Assembly (NCBI GenBank): GCA_965216565.1
Contig: OZ244170.1
Location: 512,001 to 576,000 of the forward strand
Reading direction: 5' to 3'
Source of the DNA: Bythopirellula sp.
GTDB lineage: Bacteria > Planctomycetota > Planctomycetia > Pirellulales > Lacipirellulaceae
Length of the DNA: 64,000 nt
Within the stretch, counting starts at the first letter, position 1. Each line of letters opens with the position of its first letter. The notes beneath the pieces are model-generated. The model saw only the letters and a program-made list of their open reading frames with translations, was not told where the DNA came from and did no database searches. The translations under genes and the position numbers were made by a program. This document shows positions 63,897 to 64,000 of the stretch, piece after piece.

Positions 63897-64000
63897 ATGC
63901 CAACATACGATTACGAATGCGATAACTGCGGGCACGAGTTTGAGCTGTTTCAGACGATTTCCGAAGCAGTGAAACGTAAATGCCCTGAGTGCGGAAAGCA
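63897..64000 (+). CDS. FmdB-family zinc-ribbon protein (runs off the window)
   Basis: MPTYDYECDNCGHEFE..CPECGK. Confidence 0.85.
   Translation, partial: MPTYDYECDNCGHEFELFQTISEAVKRKCPECGK

Overview
The window looks like a Planctomycetota chromosome; this is inferred from the groEL-groES-groEL-dnaJ-grpE order, a PEP-CTERM protein and Cys-rich lipoproteins. It has three zones. (1) 1-22 kb: a copper/heavy-metal cluster (two TolC, CusA/CusB, a CopA-type ATPase with CsoR and its operator, a thioredoxin, several small Cys-rich secreted proteins). It is interrupted at 11.2-16.5 kb by a tight five-gene operon: XRE-HTH, Cas4/AddB-like nuclease, long prokaryotic Argonaute with an apparently intact DEDD tetrad, a small helical protein and an HExxH metallopeptidase. 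The operon has an apparently leaderless promoter covered by two tandem GTTGA-N8-TCAAC operators. (2) ~22-55.1 kb: an AT-richer, decaying integrated plasmid/ICE-like element ending at tRNA-Lys(UUU). It carries an integrase, an excisionase, ParAB with parS-like palindromes, two Rep-like proteins with iterons, DUF932, TopB, a 1.2-kaa acidic repeat protein, an RloC-like ATPase split by an IS5, an IS3, and a ~1 kb highly structured non-coding tract that looks like a large ncRNA. (3) 55.2-64 kb: core genes (a GNAT and the chaperone operon with a sigma54-type promoter). The best candidates for undescribed biology are the Argonaute-nuclease-peptidase operon and the ~1 kb structured RNA. All calls come from reading motifs by eye; no database search or folding program was run.
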